The notes beneath the pieces are model-generated. The model saw only the letters and a list, made by a program, of their open reading frames with translations, searched no databases and had not been told where the DNA came from. A stretch of DNA of 32,067 nucleotides. Source: Dirinaria sp. TL-2023a. Lineage: Eukaryota. The first letter of the stretch is position 1. Every line of letters begins with the position of its first letter. The position numbers and the translations under genes were made by a program. The DNA is taken from assembly GCA_051941275.1 (NCBI GenBank), contig JAVEBF010000087.1, positions 1-32,067 of the forward strand, read 5' to 3'. Positions 21,230-32,067 of the stretch are shown here, in pieces.

Positions 21230-22857
21230 ATGGCCATGGCAGCGATGGCTATGCTCGCTCAGTGGGTGTTTGGTGGGTTTTTCAACGGGGCTGCTGAGGT
21301 CCCCGCCTCCGTGCAGTTGAGGCCAACCTTGGCCTCACTGTATCGTGAAGCGCGGGGATCTCCAGCCCCCGCGACTCTTTCATACCAGCTTCAGCTGGTA
21401 CCAGGAGATGTCAGAAGCGGAGGTGGTCTATGTAAGCAACCAACTCCCACCGTCACTGAATTCCAAACAATCGATCGGCTCCCTTGCTCTTTTTGATTTG
21501 ATGTGTTTGCATCGTAGCTGCATCTCAGTTCTACTTTGATCGTGTCTTATGCTTAGTGCCTCCGTAGCAATTCCTGTCATCGTGCTTTTCCATAGTAATT
21601 AGCTAATGAACTTTAGTAGCGACCACAGACTACACCTGCTTGCTCTTCGCGTGGCTTCTCTTCTTGCTCTCGGTCGGTCTCTGTCTCTTCGCCTGTTGCA
21701 GCCAAGTACTCCAGGCGACGAAAGCTTCGCTCGTTCAATTCATCAAGGCGTTGCACGAAACCATCGGAACGCTGAACGAGACGATCGGAACGCTCCACCG
21801 GACAATCGAGGAAAACGTCTCCAAGATCGCCGAGCTGACCAAGACATCCGACTCGCTGCTCGACCAAGCCAACGATGCGAAGGTAGAAACGCGAAGGTAC
21901 GAGACATTGCTCTACGAGAACAAGGCCAAGATGGATTTTCACATGAAAGAAAATCTCATCTTGAGGAGCACCATCTTCGTACCCGTTGGCACCTTCAACG
22001 TCGACATTCAATTTAAGCGAGATCGCACGAGCGCCTCCAGCACCATCCCTTCTGGCACGATCTCTTCCGACGCTGACCCTTCCGACACCGTCTCTTCCGG
22101 CACTATCCACTCCGACATCGTCTCTTCCGGCGCTATCCCTTCTGGCACCAACCCCTCCGGCACCATTCCTTCCGACACCATTTCCTCGGCCACCGCTGCA
22201 GAAAAGCTACAGGAAGACCTCCCTCAAAAGGTGCAGGACGACCTGCCGCAGCATTCCGAAACGGTCGAGGCCGCGGCGCCGAAGAAGGGCCGCAACTGGC
22301 GCCGAAGGCAGAACAAGCGCGCGAGGAGGCCCGAGCCGGACGAGACGCCCGTGGAGCCTGACAACAAGAACGCCGAAGACCAGCCACGGACTGGGCTCTC
22401 TGCGTGGGCCTCCTTCCAAGCCACATCCGATCGGGAGCAAGCCGCGAGAAAGCAGAAAGCCGCCGAACAACTCGCCCTCCGAAAGGCAGAAGAGGCCCAA
22501 ACAGGTGTCCGGGACGAACCCGAGCTACCTGATTTCAAGGAGACCTGGAAACAGGTCAAAGTGAACTCAGGCCAGCGGAGGGTGGTCGGTGTTGGGAAAG
22601 GCCAGGAGGACGGCGGAGACAAGCCACGCACTGGCGTCTCCGCCTGGAACTCCTTTCAGGCTACGTCGGGTCGAGAGGAAGCTGCGAGGAGGCAGCAAGC
22701 CGCCCAGCAATCCGCGCTTCGAAAGGCAGAAGAAGCCCGAACTGGTGTCAAGCACGAGCCTCAACTACCTGAATTCAAGGAGACTTGGAGGAAGGTGAAG
22801 GTTGACTCGAACCAGCGAAGGGTTGTCGGTGTTGCCAAAGATCAACCTTCGAAGTAG
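21230..22857 (+). CDS. Hypothetical ~480-aa protein: TM segment, coiled coil, pentapeptide repeats, basic patch, two 80-aa C-terminal repeats
   Basis: Exon 21230-21431, intron 21432-21616 (GTAAGC..GCTAAT..TAG, phase 1), exon 21617-22857. Long, GC3-rich open frame. Hydrophobic LLFAWLLFLLSVGLCLFACC; basic PKKGRNWRRRQNKRARR. Confidence 0.75.
22042..22191 (+). repeat. Ten degenerate 15-bp coding tandem repeats (TIPSG/TISSD-type pentapeptides)
   Basis: accatccct tctggc / acgatctct tccgac / gctgaccct tccgac / accgtctct tccggc and so on, with an exact 15-nt period. Confidence 0.9.
22378..22840 (+). repeat. Two diverged 240-bp (80-aa) tandem coding repeats
   Basis: DQPRTGLSAWASFQATS..FKETWKQVKV..RRVVGVGK (from 22378) versus DKPRTGVSAWNSFQATS..FKETWRKVKV..RRVVGVAK (from 22618). 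Confidence 0.92.
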
Positions 22858-22948
22858 CCTGGACCTGGCTCCGGCTTGAATGGCGATCAGGACGATGGAA
22901 GATGAAGAGCGAAGGTTTCGTCGGTGGACTCGAGATTTGATGTTTATG

Positions 22949-23367
22949 GTTCAGTGTTGCGGGGTATTTTGGTGCTTCTCGGCGCTTCTGGGTTTGGCGA
23001 ACATGCTTCGGTAAATTGCCTCTTGTCAGAGCTCCAACTTGTCGACCAACACTTCGAGGTAGGTGAGCGGATCTGTTTTGACATACGTCTGGCCTTCATC
23101 GGCCTGAACATCCAGGTGGACTGGCCTTTGGTCTACGTCCCCAGGATGATGCAGGTTGATTCGGACTAGACTTGTGTCTCAATGGGTTTCGGGGTTGACT
23201 GGCTTCGGCTTGCGTCCCCCGACTTGCGCGATCTTAGCTGAGGGTGTTGCGGCGGTGAGAGAGCCGATGGCAAAAGGAACGTTGCTGCATGCATTGTTCG
23301 GAACGTAGATAGATTTGTTTTTGCTGGAGACACGATCCATGTTGCTCATAGATAGACTTTTCCTCAT
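22949..23367 (-). pseudogene. Possible decayed ORF remnant, family unknown
   Basis: The frame of ORF 23367-23179 continues after TGA as DTSLVRINLHHPGDVDQRPVHLDVQADEGQTYVKTDPLTYLEVLVDKLEL*QEAIYRSMF. It looks protein-like but has no recognisable motif. Confidence 0.2.
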
Positions 23368-23815
23368 ATTGATTCTCCTTTTTATCGATTATTTATTCCA
23401 ACTGAAGTACCTTACCTATCGAGTGCATCGAGTGCCTTGTAGTCAAAATCAACCTCAAAGGCCAAGCTTCTGAGGTCTTGGCAGCCCTGACTCAACCCTA
23501 AAAAGCACCCCGTCAGTGGGTACTTCGTCACTTTCAGTCGGCAACACTACTGCAATCGACTGCTGCCAACTTCTCTCTACCGAAGTAGCATGTCCAACAA
23601 GATTCGTGGGCCGGTAACGGTGCGAGCATATACCTCCTACCTAATGGCTATCTATACGAATTCACTTAGCTGCTGACTTGATTACGGTCACGGAACAGGT
23701 TGAACCAACTCAGTTAAGCAATCGATAATTAGGCACCTCTATGCGAGAATAAAAAAGAAAACTCGTGGTGTTCAGTACAGGTTTACGAATTCCACATGCG
23801 ATTCTAGAGACAGGT

Positions 23816-26471
23816 TCAAAGCGACAGCTTGGCTAAGCTCTTCTCTAAGCTCTCTTCATAGTCGCGCATGCCTCGATCCAAGTGTGTCAGCTTTCCTTTC
23901 TTCAACAAGAGCAGCGAGTGTTGCAACTCCGCCACTTCCTCCTCGTCGCTTTCAAGCTCATCGTCATCCCAGGCCAGGAGCTCGGTGTCTCCGTCGACTA
24001 TCGACTTGATCAAGAAGCGATCGTGTGAGGCGAGCAACAGTGCGCCGTTGAACGCCCGAAGCGCTTTGCCTAAGGCGATGACGGTGTAGAAATCCAGATG
24101 CGTGGTGATTTCGTCCAGAACAAGAAGATGAGGATGGCGGCAAACTATGCGCGCAAGAGCGAGTCGGACCTGCAAGCTCAGAGTCAGTGCCGCTGTTATC
24201 CCTTAGCTCAAGAATTGTAAAAGTGTACTCACGAGCTGTCCGCCGGAAAGTTTGGATACTGGTGTGCTTGAAGCTGTGTGTCCGGGCAAGTGGAATGAGC
24301 CTAGAAGAGCGCGCATCTCGCCTTCGTCCATTTCGTCACCAGCACTGGCTCTTAGCATATGTAGCGCTGTCAAAGACTGGTCGGATTTTCCCGCTGCTCG
24401 TAGCTCCTCCACGGCGAGCTGGGAGTAGTATCCCAGTTTCAGATGGCTATGAAGGTTTATGGAACCTTTCGTCGGGCTAAGGCTACCGATGACGAGCTTG
24501 ATCAGTGTAGACTTACCGGATCCGTTTAGGCCTACGACACCGACGCGAGAACCCATATGGATAGTGAGATTGATGTCACGAAGGATCGGACCCTGTTTCG
24601 GGCTGTAAGAAAAGGTCACATCTTCTAGTGATATCAGAGGGCCCGGGAAGCGCAGCTCAGCAGCAAGTGGTATCATCAACTTGTTGCTCCTTTCCTCCGG
24701 AGGAATCTCGATCGCGCTCCTTTTTGCATCATGCCAGCCTAATGTTCATGAGCGAGTACATCGCAAAACCACAGACGGTATGCATACCGACGAGATCTCT
24801 TGATAGCTTGAACTTGACCCCTTTCTCGTTTTTTTGCATGCCAGATCGATCCTCGATCCGTTTCTTCCGAGATGCCGCCTGCCGCAGCTTGTTTTCGTCG
24901 CCAGACTTCTTCCCAGCCTTGATATTGGATGCAATAGTCTTCTCCATGTGCATGATTTGTTTATCCTGTGCTTCTTTTTGCTTTGTCAGGTTGATCCTTC
25001 GTAGCTTCAAGTCTTCTTCGTAAGCGGTGAGGTTGCCATCAAAATAAATGAGGATCTTCTCCTTCATTAAGATGATCTCCTGGCAAACATGATCAATGAA
25101 ATCACGGTCATGCGAGACGACGACAACGGTCTTTGGAGACTCTGCTCGAAGCCGCACAAGGTATTCTTGGAGCCATATGATACCAAGAATGTCCAGAAAG
25201 TTGGTTGGTTCGTCCAAGATCATGATGTCAACATCTTGCAGAAGGACATTGGCTAGCATGGCACGCATCTGCCAGCCCCCGGATAGCTCTCCCAATGGAG
25301 TACTCATCGTTTTCTCGCTGAATCCTAGACAGACAAGCACATTCCGTGCTTGTCTTTCGAGATCCCACATCCGTCGCTGACAGAATTCAATTAGCACGAC
25401 TTCGAATTCAATTCTTCGGTCTAACCTCATCAAGTTGCGCCTGCAGATCCGTCATCAGCTCCGAGGCTTGCAGCACCTCATTTTGGCAGGTCTCTGACGC
25501 CAACGGAGGATCTTGAATATCGATTCTGTCCTCGTTATCAGTGAAAGGGTTCTACTTCAGTTGAGGTATAGAGTCAGTGGTACCTTCTCTTAGCTTCAGC
25601 GACTTGCTTTTCGAAGGCTAGCAACTCCTTGCGAGCTTGCGAACCTCTAGCTCCACTGCGTAGCGCGGCATTCTTCTCAAGCTCGGCCAACTCCCGCTGC
25701 ATATGGGTGTACTGTAGTCGTCGGTAGCTACGTATTCGCACCCATTCCTCTCCACATTGTTCATCGCTGGCCACACTGCAAGAAAGAACTTCGCTGGTCA
25801 GCCTAGGGGAACGGTGGAAAATCCCTCATCCGTGAGAAGAGATAAACGCAAGTGTCGTGAGTCATGAAGAGCAGGTTCCCGCTTACTGTCTAGCTCTTCC
25901 TGTATTCTATTCTTGACTGTATCGTTGCTGATAATGAACTCTAGAGCACTTTCCTTCAGAGCTTCACTATCAAAATTACGCGCGACCGTTTGCGCATCAC
26001 TGGAAGCAGTCTGTTGAAGGAGAGCGATATTAATCGAGTGGGGTATCCCAGGAATGATTTTATCGCCGATGGCCCGCAGTAGAGCTTGAACTTTGTTAGC
26101 TTTCAGCTTGGGGTAACTTCTAAAAGGAGTATACTGGATTTTCCGCAGCCATTGCGGCCTAAGAGGCCATAGTGAACCCCGGGTTTGAGCTTCAGAGTTG
26201 TATCTGCAACAACGTCAAGTGCTTTGCTCGAAGCCTTGGCCTTTCCCGAGGCGTGGGCCCGAGTGGGAAGGATAGAGATGGTAAGCTGCTCCACAAAGAC
26301 CTGAATACGCCACACGAGTTAGCTCGGCACTCGCAAGGCATGCGATCGAGGAAAAACACTAAGACGTACTTCACACGTGTGTCGGTCTTCCGCTATATGA
26401 AAACGAGTCTGTTGGCACGTCGCAACCAGATTCGATTTTCCGTCAGGCGTATTTCCTTCGGATTCTGTCAT
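23816..26471 (-). CDS. ABC-F family soluble ATPase (two NBDs, no TM domain), multi-intron
   Basis: Start MTESEGNTPDGKSNLVATCQQTRFH (ATG 26471). NBD1: GRNGCGKS, LSGGW, IMILDEPTNFLD, VVSHDRDF. NBD2: GLNGSGKST, LSGGQ, LLVLDEITTHLD, ASHDRF. Seven GT..AG introns read in phase (e.g. 26369-26301, 25425-25377). Confidence 0.93.
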
Positions 26472-27361
26472 GATTTCTATCTCACGGAAGGGAAAGAAAA
26501 GAAAGAAGAAGTCTGGTTAAGCATACAACAATTTCAAGCTTTCTCTAAGTTATATACATTCTGACTTGGTACGCTTATTCCACCATCTCAATGAAAGGAA
26601 GAGCAGCACTATATATTTGAATTGGACTGCACCATGCATGTAGGATGTAGTCATTCCCTCCTACAGGTCTGACGATGAGTCTTTCCTCTTAAGGAAGGTT
26701 ATCTTCTAAACCTGGCCATGGTTAGGGCTATACCCTATGACTCACCTACCTTACCTTACCGTAGGTTGCTGCTTGCTTCCTATCATAAGTACACTTATTT
26801 GGTTAAGCGATGGGCACCTTACCTTCGTCTATGTAGTTAAATCTTGCATGACGACGCCCCGATTGATAATCGGACCAAGTCGAGCCCTTGTCTTCGTTGA
26901 TTGGGAGCGTCTTAGGATAGTCTGCATAGACAAATAGTAGTACCAACCCCTATTTTAAACTAAACCTCGCCTTCGACGCAGCTACCAAACAACCTTCGAA
27001 TGCTATTGTAATTTTTTTTTCAAATTTTCAAAAGGTTCAAACATTGACTTCATCTGAAGCTTCACTAACTCAAATTTTCAAAAATGATACTGTGCTCCGA
27101 ACAGCATGGTCATGTATGCAACCCTAAGTAAAAATCACGATTTTCTCATACAATTTCGATCATTTTCAACCATGCATTTCCTCTCGCGCACACTCCAAAA
27201 TGGAAGAAATAGCACATCGAAATCCCGAACCGATAGAATAACGTGATCGCGATATCCTACTACTTTGCCAGCGGGTAAAAACTTTTGTGTCGCCTACGGA
27301 ATTGATAGGATTTGGTGCAAAAGAGGGGTGGGACATAGACTTTTGCTTTAAAACTGTATAC

Positions 27362-27542
27362 CCTAGACAGATGCGCACATTCAGGGCTTGCGTTTCGAGA
27401 TCATATACTCGTCGCTGATACAAGTCCATGAGCCCGTCTTTGAATTGAAGTAGTTCTTTCTTTGGTCTAATCTTGTTAAGCTGCGCTGGTAGATCCGTCA
27501 TTAGCTCCGAGGCTCGCAGTACCTCGTTCTGATCGGCCTCCG
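27362..27542 (-). pseudogene. Diverged partial duplicate of the ABC-F gene segment 25324-25496 (exon-intron-exon)
   Basis: QNEVLRASELMTDLPAQL..RRVYDLETQALNVRICLG versus the gene's QNEVLQASELMTDLQAQL..RRMWDLERQARNVLVCLG. About 75-80% nt identity by eye (12 mismatches in the first 57 nt). The donor GTTAGA has become ATTAGA. Confidence 0.85.
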
Positions 27543-27952
27543 GTTTTTCTTCTCGATTACCAGAATACTCGATTGAAGGAAAGAGTGCAGTAAATGCGAA
27601 CGAAATCCCTGCTACCGAATAAGAGCCTTTTTGAATCGAGGTATCAAATTTCTCACTCAAAATATGACGTTTTCCCTTGTTTGCATATTCAGAACGCCAA
27701 TACGTTTTGCTGCTGAAACAAATTCTGGAACTCGAAGAAAAGCCTACTGCGAAGCTTCAAAAGTTTGGCATGTCGGTAAATCTATAACTGCAGCTGCATT
27801 GGGTTTTACAATCTACGAAAACGCTATCGGAGGGTAATGCATACAATGCAGTGAACCATGTGCGAGCATCAGGCACTGATCAAGAGTAGAGAACCAGATC
27901 TTGTGTGAAGTGCCCCAGGGAAATCGTATGATGGCCTGGGGCATGATGTGAC

Positions 27953-28923
27953 TCATGACAAGTCAGTGCTCGAAAGCATTGCTATCTTCGGTTTGCTTTT
28001 AGCCAGCTGATCCCGCACATAGTCTGACCATTTCTCCTCTTTATCCAACCAAGCTACGCTCGAGCCAAGCACGTTCTCGAGAACCACGTCATGTCTAGAC
28101 CAGCTACTAGACCTTTGCAATATTTCCCTGTTGAAATAGTCTTCCAACGTAATAGTGCTGCCTTCCAGCGGTGGGTTCCTCCTTATTTCGCTCTGAAATA
28201 TCTTCGACATCGCATCTCGATCCGTCCACTCTAAAATCAAGAGAAACGTCTTCTTCTGAGTATTGATATTCGGCTTTGTGCCAGGAGTTACGTCCGATGC
28301 TCCTGATGAAGATGACGAAGTTGACGGCGATGAAGCTAGCTGCAATGGCTCGATCCAACTACCGTCCATTCCCAGAAACGGGTCACCAGAATCTAATTCA
28401 TCTGCAGCCTTGTAGAAGAAGTCTCGACAATGTTGTATCTCGGTGCCCAGTGACACACTGTGTTTATTGCTGGGTTCGGCGTCGAAAATGAGCTCGTAGA
28501 GGGAGCTAATTGCTCCAAGCTCTAGACTTGGCATGCCAGGATGGAGGTCGATGAGGTAGGGTGTAGGCACAAACACTGCCGAATCTTTGCCAGGACAGAG
28601 TAGAGGCGATATGGCACGCAAAAATTGTTGATGTCCATGTTCCATGAAATCTTGTAAAGCAGTCTTGCTCCGCCAAGCTAAGAATCGCCATTCAGATTAA
28701 TCGTGTTACTTACTCGTCATGTTACGTATCACTTACTTATTAGTAGATCGGCAACGTCTTTTGCAGCGACCCTTGTGCCCCAGTGAAGCGCCAACCAGCC
28801 TTGTGTCTGAGAGACCTGCTTCAAGGCGGAATTCCATAGCTTACCGTGCGGAGTGGACGGATCATCGAATGTAACACCAGGTTGGAACGTTAAGTATTGT
28901 GCGATGGTCGTGTGTAGAGCCAT
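27953..28923 (-). CDS. Hypothetical 303-aa protein, probable dimeric alpha-beta-barrel (ABM-like) fold
   Basis: Exons 28923-28737 and 28677-27953, intron 28736-28678 (GTAAGT..TAG). The pattern GWLALHWG..DLLITWRSKTALQDF..QQF and a second GSWIE..FLLILEWTDRDA resemble tandem ABM-like fungal proteins (recall only). Confidence 0.7.
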
Positions 28924-30732
28924 TTTGCCGAATCATGGAAAGTTGATAATGTTGAAGAGTTGAGTCCTAGAGTCCGAGGATGTAGCACCACATGCGGGAA
29001 GGGTAGCAAATTGGGAAAGTTTGGCATTCAATCCCTATATTTTACCAGCGCTAATGCTTGACCTTCGGCGTAAACAAGACTGTTTGAATGGAAAGTCAAT
29101 ATTCGATTTCTTATACGGTTTTCGAATGCTCTGCTTCGTCAATAATAATGCTTTGATTCATAAGTATGACGCAAAGTGGTGATCATGAGGCCCGCAAGGC
29201 AGTGCAACAAGCTGAACGTACAAAACGCTGTGAAACAACTTGGAACCCGTGCCACGAATAATGCCGCATTCCTGCAGAAGCTTGCACGTCTGAAAACGAA
29301 AGCAGTAACAATGTGCTAGAGACTGAAGGGGTTCGAGTCTTCCCGGGGGAAGGCAGAGGTTGCTACATGTAGATAAGCTGAACTGTCGCTTAGGTACGAG
29401 TAATGGACCCTTAATCTTAAGGTAAGGTACATGTATGTAATGTCGGTCAACCGTAAGGTACCTTACCGCTACCGCTGCCGCCCCCGAAATCGAAATCTAA
29501 AGAGACGCACCCGCCGCTAGTTACGGGGGTACGCTTACCTGCGAAACCCGAGCAATCAACCACCTTACAGCATCACGAATAAGGTAGAACATTCTGTATG
29601 GTTTGTTACGAAGCATGCCTTCAACAGGGAAATCTTACCGGCACACAAGAATTGTAGGATATAGAAAATCTTACGTCCGATGCATGTCAAAGGAGGGTTG
29701 TTTCAGACATTATGGCCCATATCGCTAGAGGGAACGGTCGAAACAAGATGTTATGTTGTAAAAGCGACCGGCTCCTACGACTCAACTGAAACACTGTCTA
29801 CAGAACTTGGTCAGACCGCCGCCTCAGGAAGACGGCGTGCTAGTCCACAGCCGTGGCAGTGGTCAAACTTAGATCTAGCGCCGAGTCGAGAACACTCTTT
29901 GACAGCGATCCGCTTGGCCTTACCCCGTGGCAATGTTTGAACAAGGGTCTAAGGATGGGTAACGCCTCTATTCAGGATTTGCCGCCGAGATTTGATTTCC
30001 GTCATGCTGATTTAAAATGCTTATATGAGGCGCCGAATGCTTATCAGTGGCATGTTGCACTAGGTACGAAATGTGTGTGTCGAACAGCGAAAATTGCGCC
30101 AAAAGTGGAGCCGCAGAGTTGGTGGGCGGTTATTGCTGTATATGATCGTTTATATCGTCCGAAAGTATGCATGAAAATAGCTGAAGCTTTAATAATGCTA
30201 AAATATATCAAGATGTGTACCAGAGAGGTTTTGGCGATACAGCGACCTGCTCACAGCTCAGTCGGCTAAATGTGGCGTCAGAAGAGGCAACCAGACAAAT
30301 GAGAAGGTATGCAAGAATTGCTGCAAGCTAACTCCTCAACCTGTCTATGTGACGCAGCTCTTAGAGCAAATCAGCAAGATAGAAGAGCATACAGTGTGAA
30401 ACAAGAAGTTGTGTGTAGGTTTCTCGTATCAGAAAATGAGGAGGATTCCCAAGTCCAACTCAAGCATCCCTGCATTAGCCTTGGGTCATGCAGGGAATAT
30501 TCTATGTTTGTTGTCTTCTAGCAAGGAGGATCTTATATCATTTACCTTAGAGAGGCTATGACGCGTTTGAAATGCCACGTTTGAGTGGGGACCTCCAATT
30601 CAATCCGCACATTATGCATCGTCATTATTTCATATACTTTAGTTTCCATCTTTTATAAACCGTTGAAGTGTACATTAAAAGGAGTTCTACGATGCAGCGT
30701 TTTTCACTCATATCGCTTGAAGCTTACCAACC

Positions 30733-32067
30733 ATGGGTTTTCCTCACACCATTTCCATACTTCTAATTCTTTTCCGCATTTCTACTACAGTCAGCCGTTG
30801 CGCAGGCGCAGCATTCAACGCCAAAGCTCAATTTGCCTGGATTGATTCGAGCTGCGATTCGGTCATTGATCAAGTCAATGCTGCTGGCGACGATTACAAC
30901 TCGCTAGTGAGCGCTGCACTCACAAATCTTGAAGACGGCAGTCCAAGCACGGAGTTGGGCAAGGCAACATTGCTAGCATACTTCGGTACTAATGTCGGCC
31001 TTCTAATCAATAACAGATACAAAACACTCCAGAATGCTTTCGCTACTGAGACAATCAGGTTGGATCTTTACTGCGACGGCACGGCCTTCGAGTGGGTGAC
31101 GACCGATCAGGAGGATAAGGAATCCAGCGAGTCTACTCCTGACGGTGGGCATTGGCAAGCCAAAGAAGGTCGTTATAACCCTGCTGGAGACCAATTAAAA
31201 TTGAGTGGGAAAAAAACGGATCAGAGAACAAATATCTGTCAGACTCCCGAGGGTAAAAGTGCCGCAGGCGTTTCAACGATCAATAAGAGGCATATCATTC
31301 TTTGTCCCGATGCATTTACATTCCACGGGAGCGTGCCTAACTCTCAACAGACTATTGGTACCTCTCTCGATGGTCTCACGAGTACTGGCGCAGTTTTACT
31401 ACACGAAGTAACTCACTGTCTCCTGGGCACCAAAGACATACAATATAATGTGGATGGTGTCCTCCTCACGGCCATCATTTCTTCCAGCGCACAAAAAAAT
31501 GCAGATACCTGGATGTACTATGCTATGGCTTCGCGCCTCAACAAAAACGCATGGGTAGTAGGTGTTGCCCAGGCTATTGACAATTTTGGGCCTAAAGCTT
31601 CCAAAATCCCTCCATCGAAGACCACACGAGAGGTGGATATGATAAACCATCGACGGCCTCGAGCTATTCCGAACAACAACCACACAACATTGATCGCCTT
31701 ACCTCGTTCGCTCGGAACGGGGACTGGGCCTCTTGGCTCTAGTATCTACAATGCTAGTTTTACCTTCTCAGGCTTTACATCTTCTAGGTCAGCCAATTTC
31801 AACTCCACCACCTTGGGTTCGTCAGCGCTCGGTATGAAAGGCTCTTCTACTGGATCCGTCTCTTCAGGCATCACTCGCGCGGGTATCGGCAGCACTAGTC
31901 TATTCAGTGCTAGCTCTTCTATCACGAAGCCATCAAACCAAGGCACAGGATCTTTGAGCAACACTGAGTCAGAATTAAGTACTTTCCGTTCTCCGATCGT
32001 GCATCCGCCAAGCCTGGGTGTGACAGACCATAGTACTGGCAGATCCAGCTCTTCCATCACTGGCTAT
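30733..32067 (+). CDS. Secreted zinc metalloprotease-like protein (M35/deuterolysin aspzincin motif) with a Ser/Thr/Gly-rich extension; truncated by the window edge
   Basis: Stop-free frame of 445 codons from ATG 30733 to the end (absent from the ORF track). Signal-peptide-like MGFPHTISILLILFRISTTVSRCAGA; IILCPDAF; HEVTH (31402-31416); GTKDIQY (31426); NADTWMYYA (31498). Confidence 0.85.
   Translation, partial: MGFPHTISILLILFRISTTVSRCAGAAFNAKAQFAWIDSSCDSVIDQVNAAGDDYNSLVSAALTNLEDGSPSTELGKATLLAYFGTNVGLLINNRYKTLQNAFATETIRLDLYCDGTAFEWVTTDQEDKESSESTPDGGHWQAKEGRYNPAGDQLKLSGKKTDQRTNICQTPEGKSAAGVSTINKRHIILCPDAFTFHGSVPNSQQTIGTSLDGLTSTGAVLLHEVTHCLLGTKDIQYNVDGVLLTAIISSSAQKNADTWMYYAMASRLNKNAWVVGVAQAIDNFGPKASKIPPSKTTREVDMINHRRPRAIPNNNHTTLIALPRSLGTGTGPLGSSIYNASFTFSGFTSSRSANFNSTTLGSSALGMKGSSTGSVSSGITRAGIGSTSLFSASSSITKPSNQGTGSLSNTESELSTFRSPIVHPPSLGVTDHSTGRSSSSITGY

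Noticed and set aside
22042..22191. 15-bp periodic repeats as a CRISPR-like array
   Set aside because: No spacers, degenerate and codon-phased within a eukaryotic CDS, and no cas genes.
21606..22798. Many overlapping ORFs on both strands
   Set aside because: Expected by-products of a GC-rich repetitive CDS; only the 21617-22857 frame has a coherent splice model and architecture.
23816..26471. ABC gene as the cluster's efflux pump
   Set aside because: It has no transmembrane segments; the twin-NBD layout is ABC-F.
27362..27542. RIP as the cause of the duplicate's divergence
   Set aside because: Differences include many transversions and T-to-C changes plus an indel, not a one-way CpA-to-TpA pattern.
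29680..30521. ORFs of 86, 138 and 70 aa upstream of the protease
   Set aside because: No motifs, codon bias or splice support; probably chance ORFs.
31746..32060. 104-aa minus-strand ORF
   Set aside because: It is antisense to the Ser/Thr-rich tail of the plus-strand metalloprotease frame.

Overview
Eukaryotic DNA from a filamentous ascomycete, inferred from short GT-AG introns with CTAAC/CTAAT-type branch points and from the gene families present. The left half holds a secondary-metabolite cluster core: a multi-intron cytochrome P450 (minus strand, running off the left edge), a LovC/TenC-type trans-enoyl reductase (minus), and a divergent ~3838-aa PKS-NRPS hybrid (KS-AT-DH-degenerate cMT-KR-ACP-C-A-T-R*, one intron). 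An intronless stand-alone formyltransferase follows 1.4 kb downstream. The PKS-NRPS methyltransferase is visibly crippled and its terminal domain looks Dieckmann-type (catalytic Tyr to Phe). With the TenA/ApdE-like P450, this predicts an unmethylated tetramic acid or 2-pyridone that may be N-formylated (inference). The right half holds a repeat-built orphan protein, an ABC-F ATPase with a nearby decayed partial copy, a probable dimeric alpha-beta-barrel protein, and a secreted M35/aspzincin metalloprotease that the ORF track missed and that runs off the right edge. A 113-bp hairpin/MITE-like element with telomere-like repeats lies between the P450 and the ER. Exon models were read by hand; no database searches were possible.
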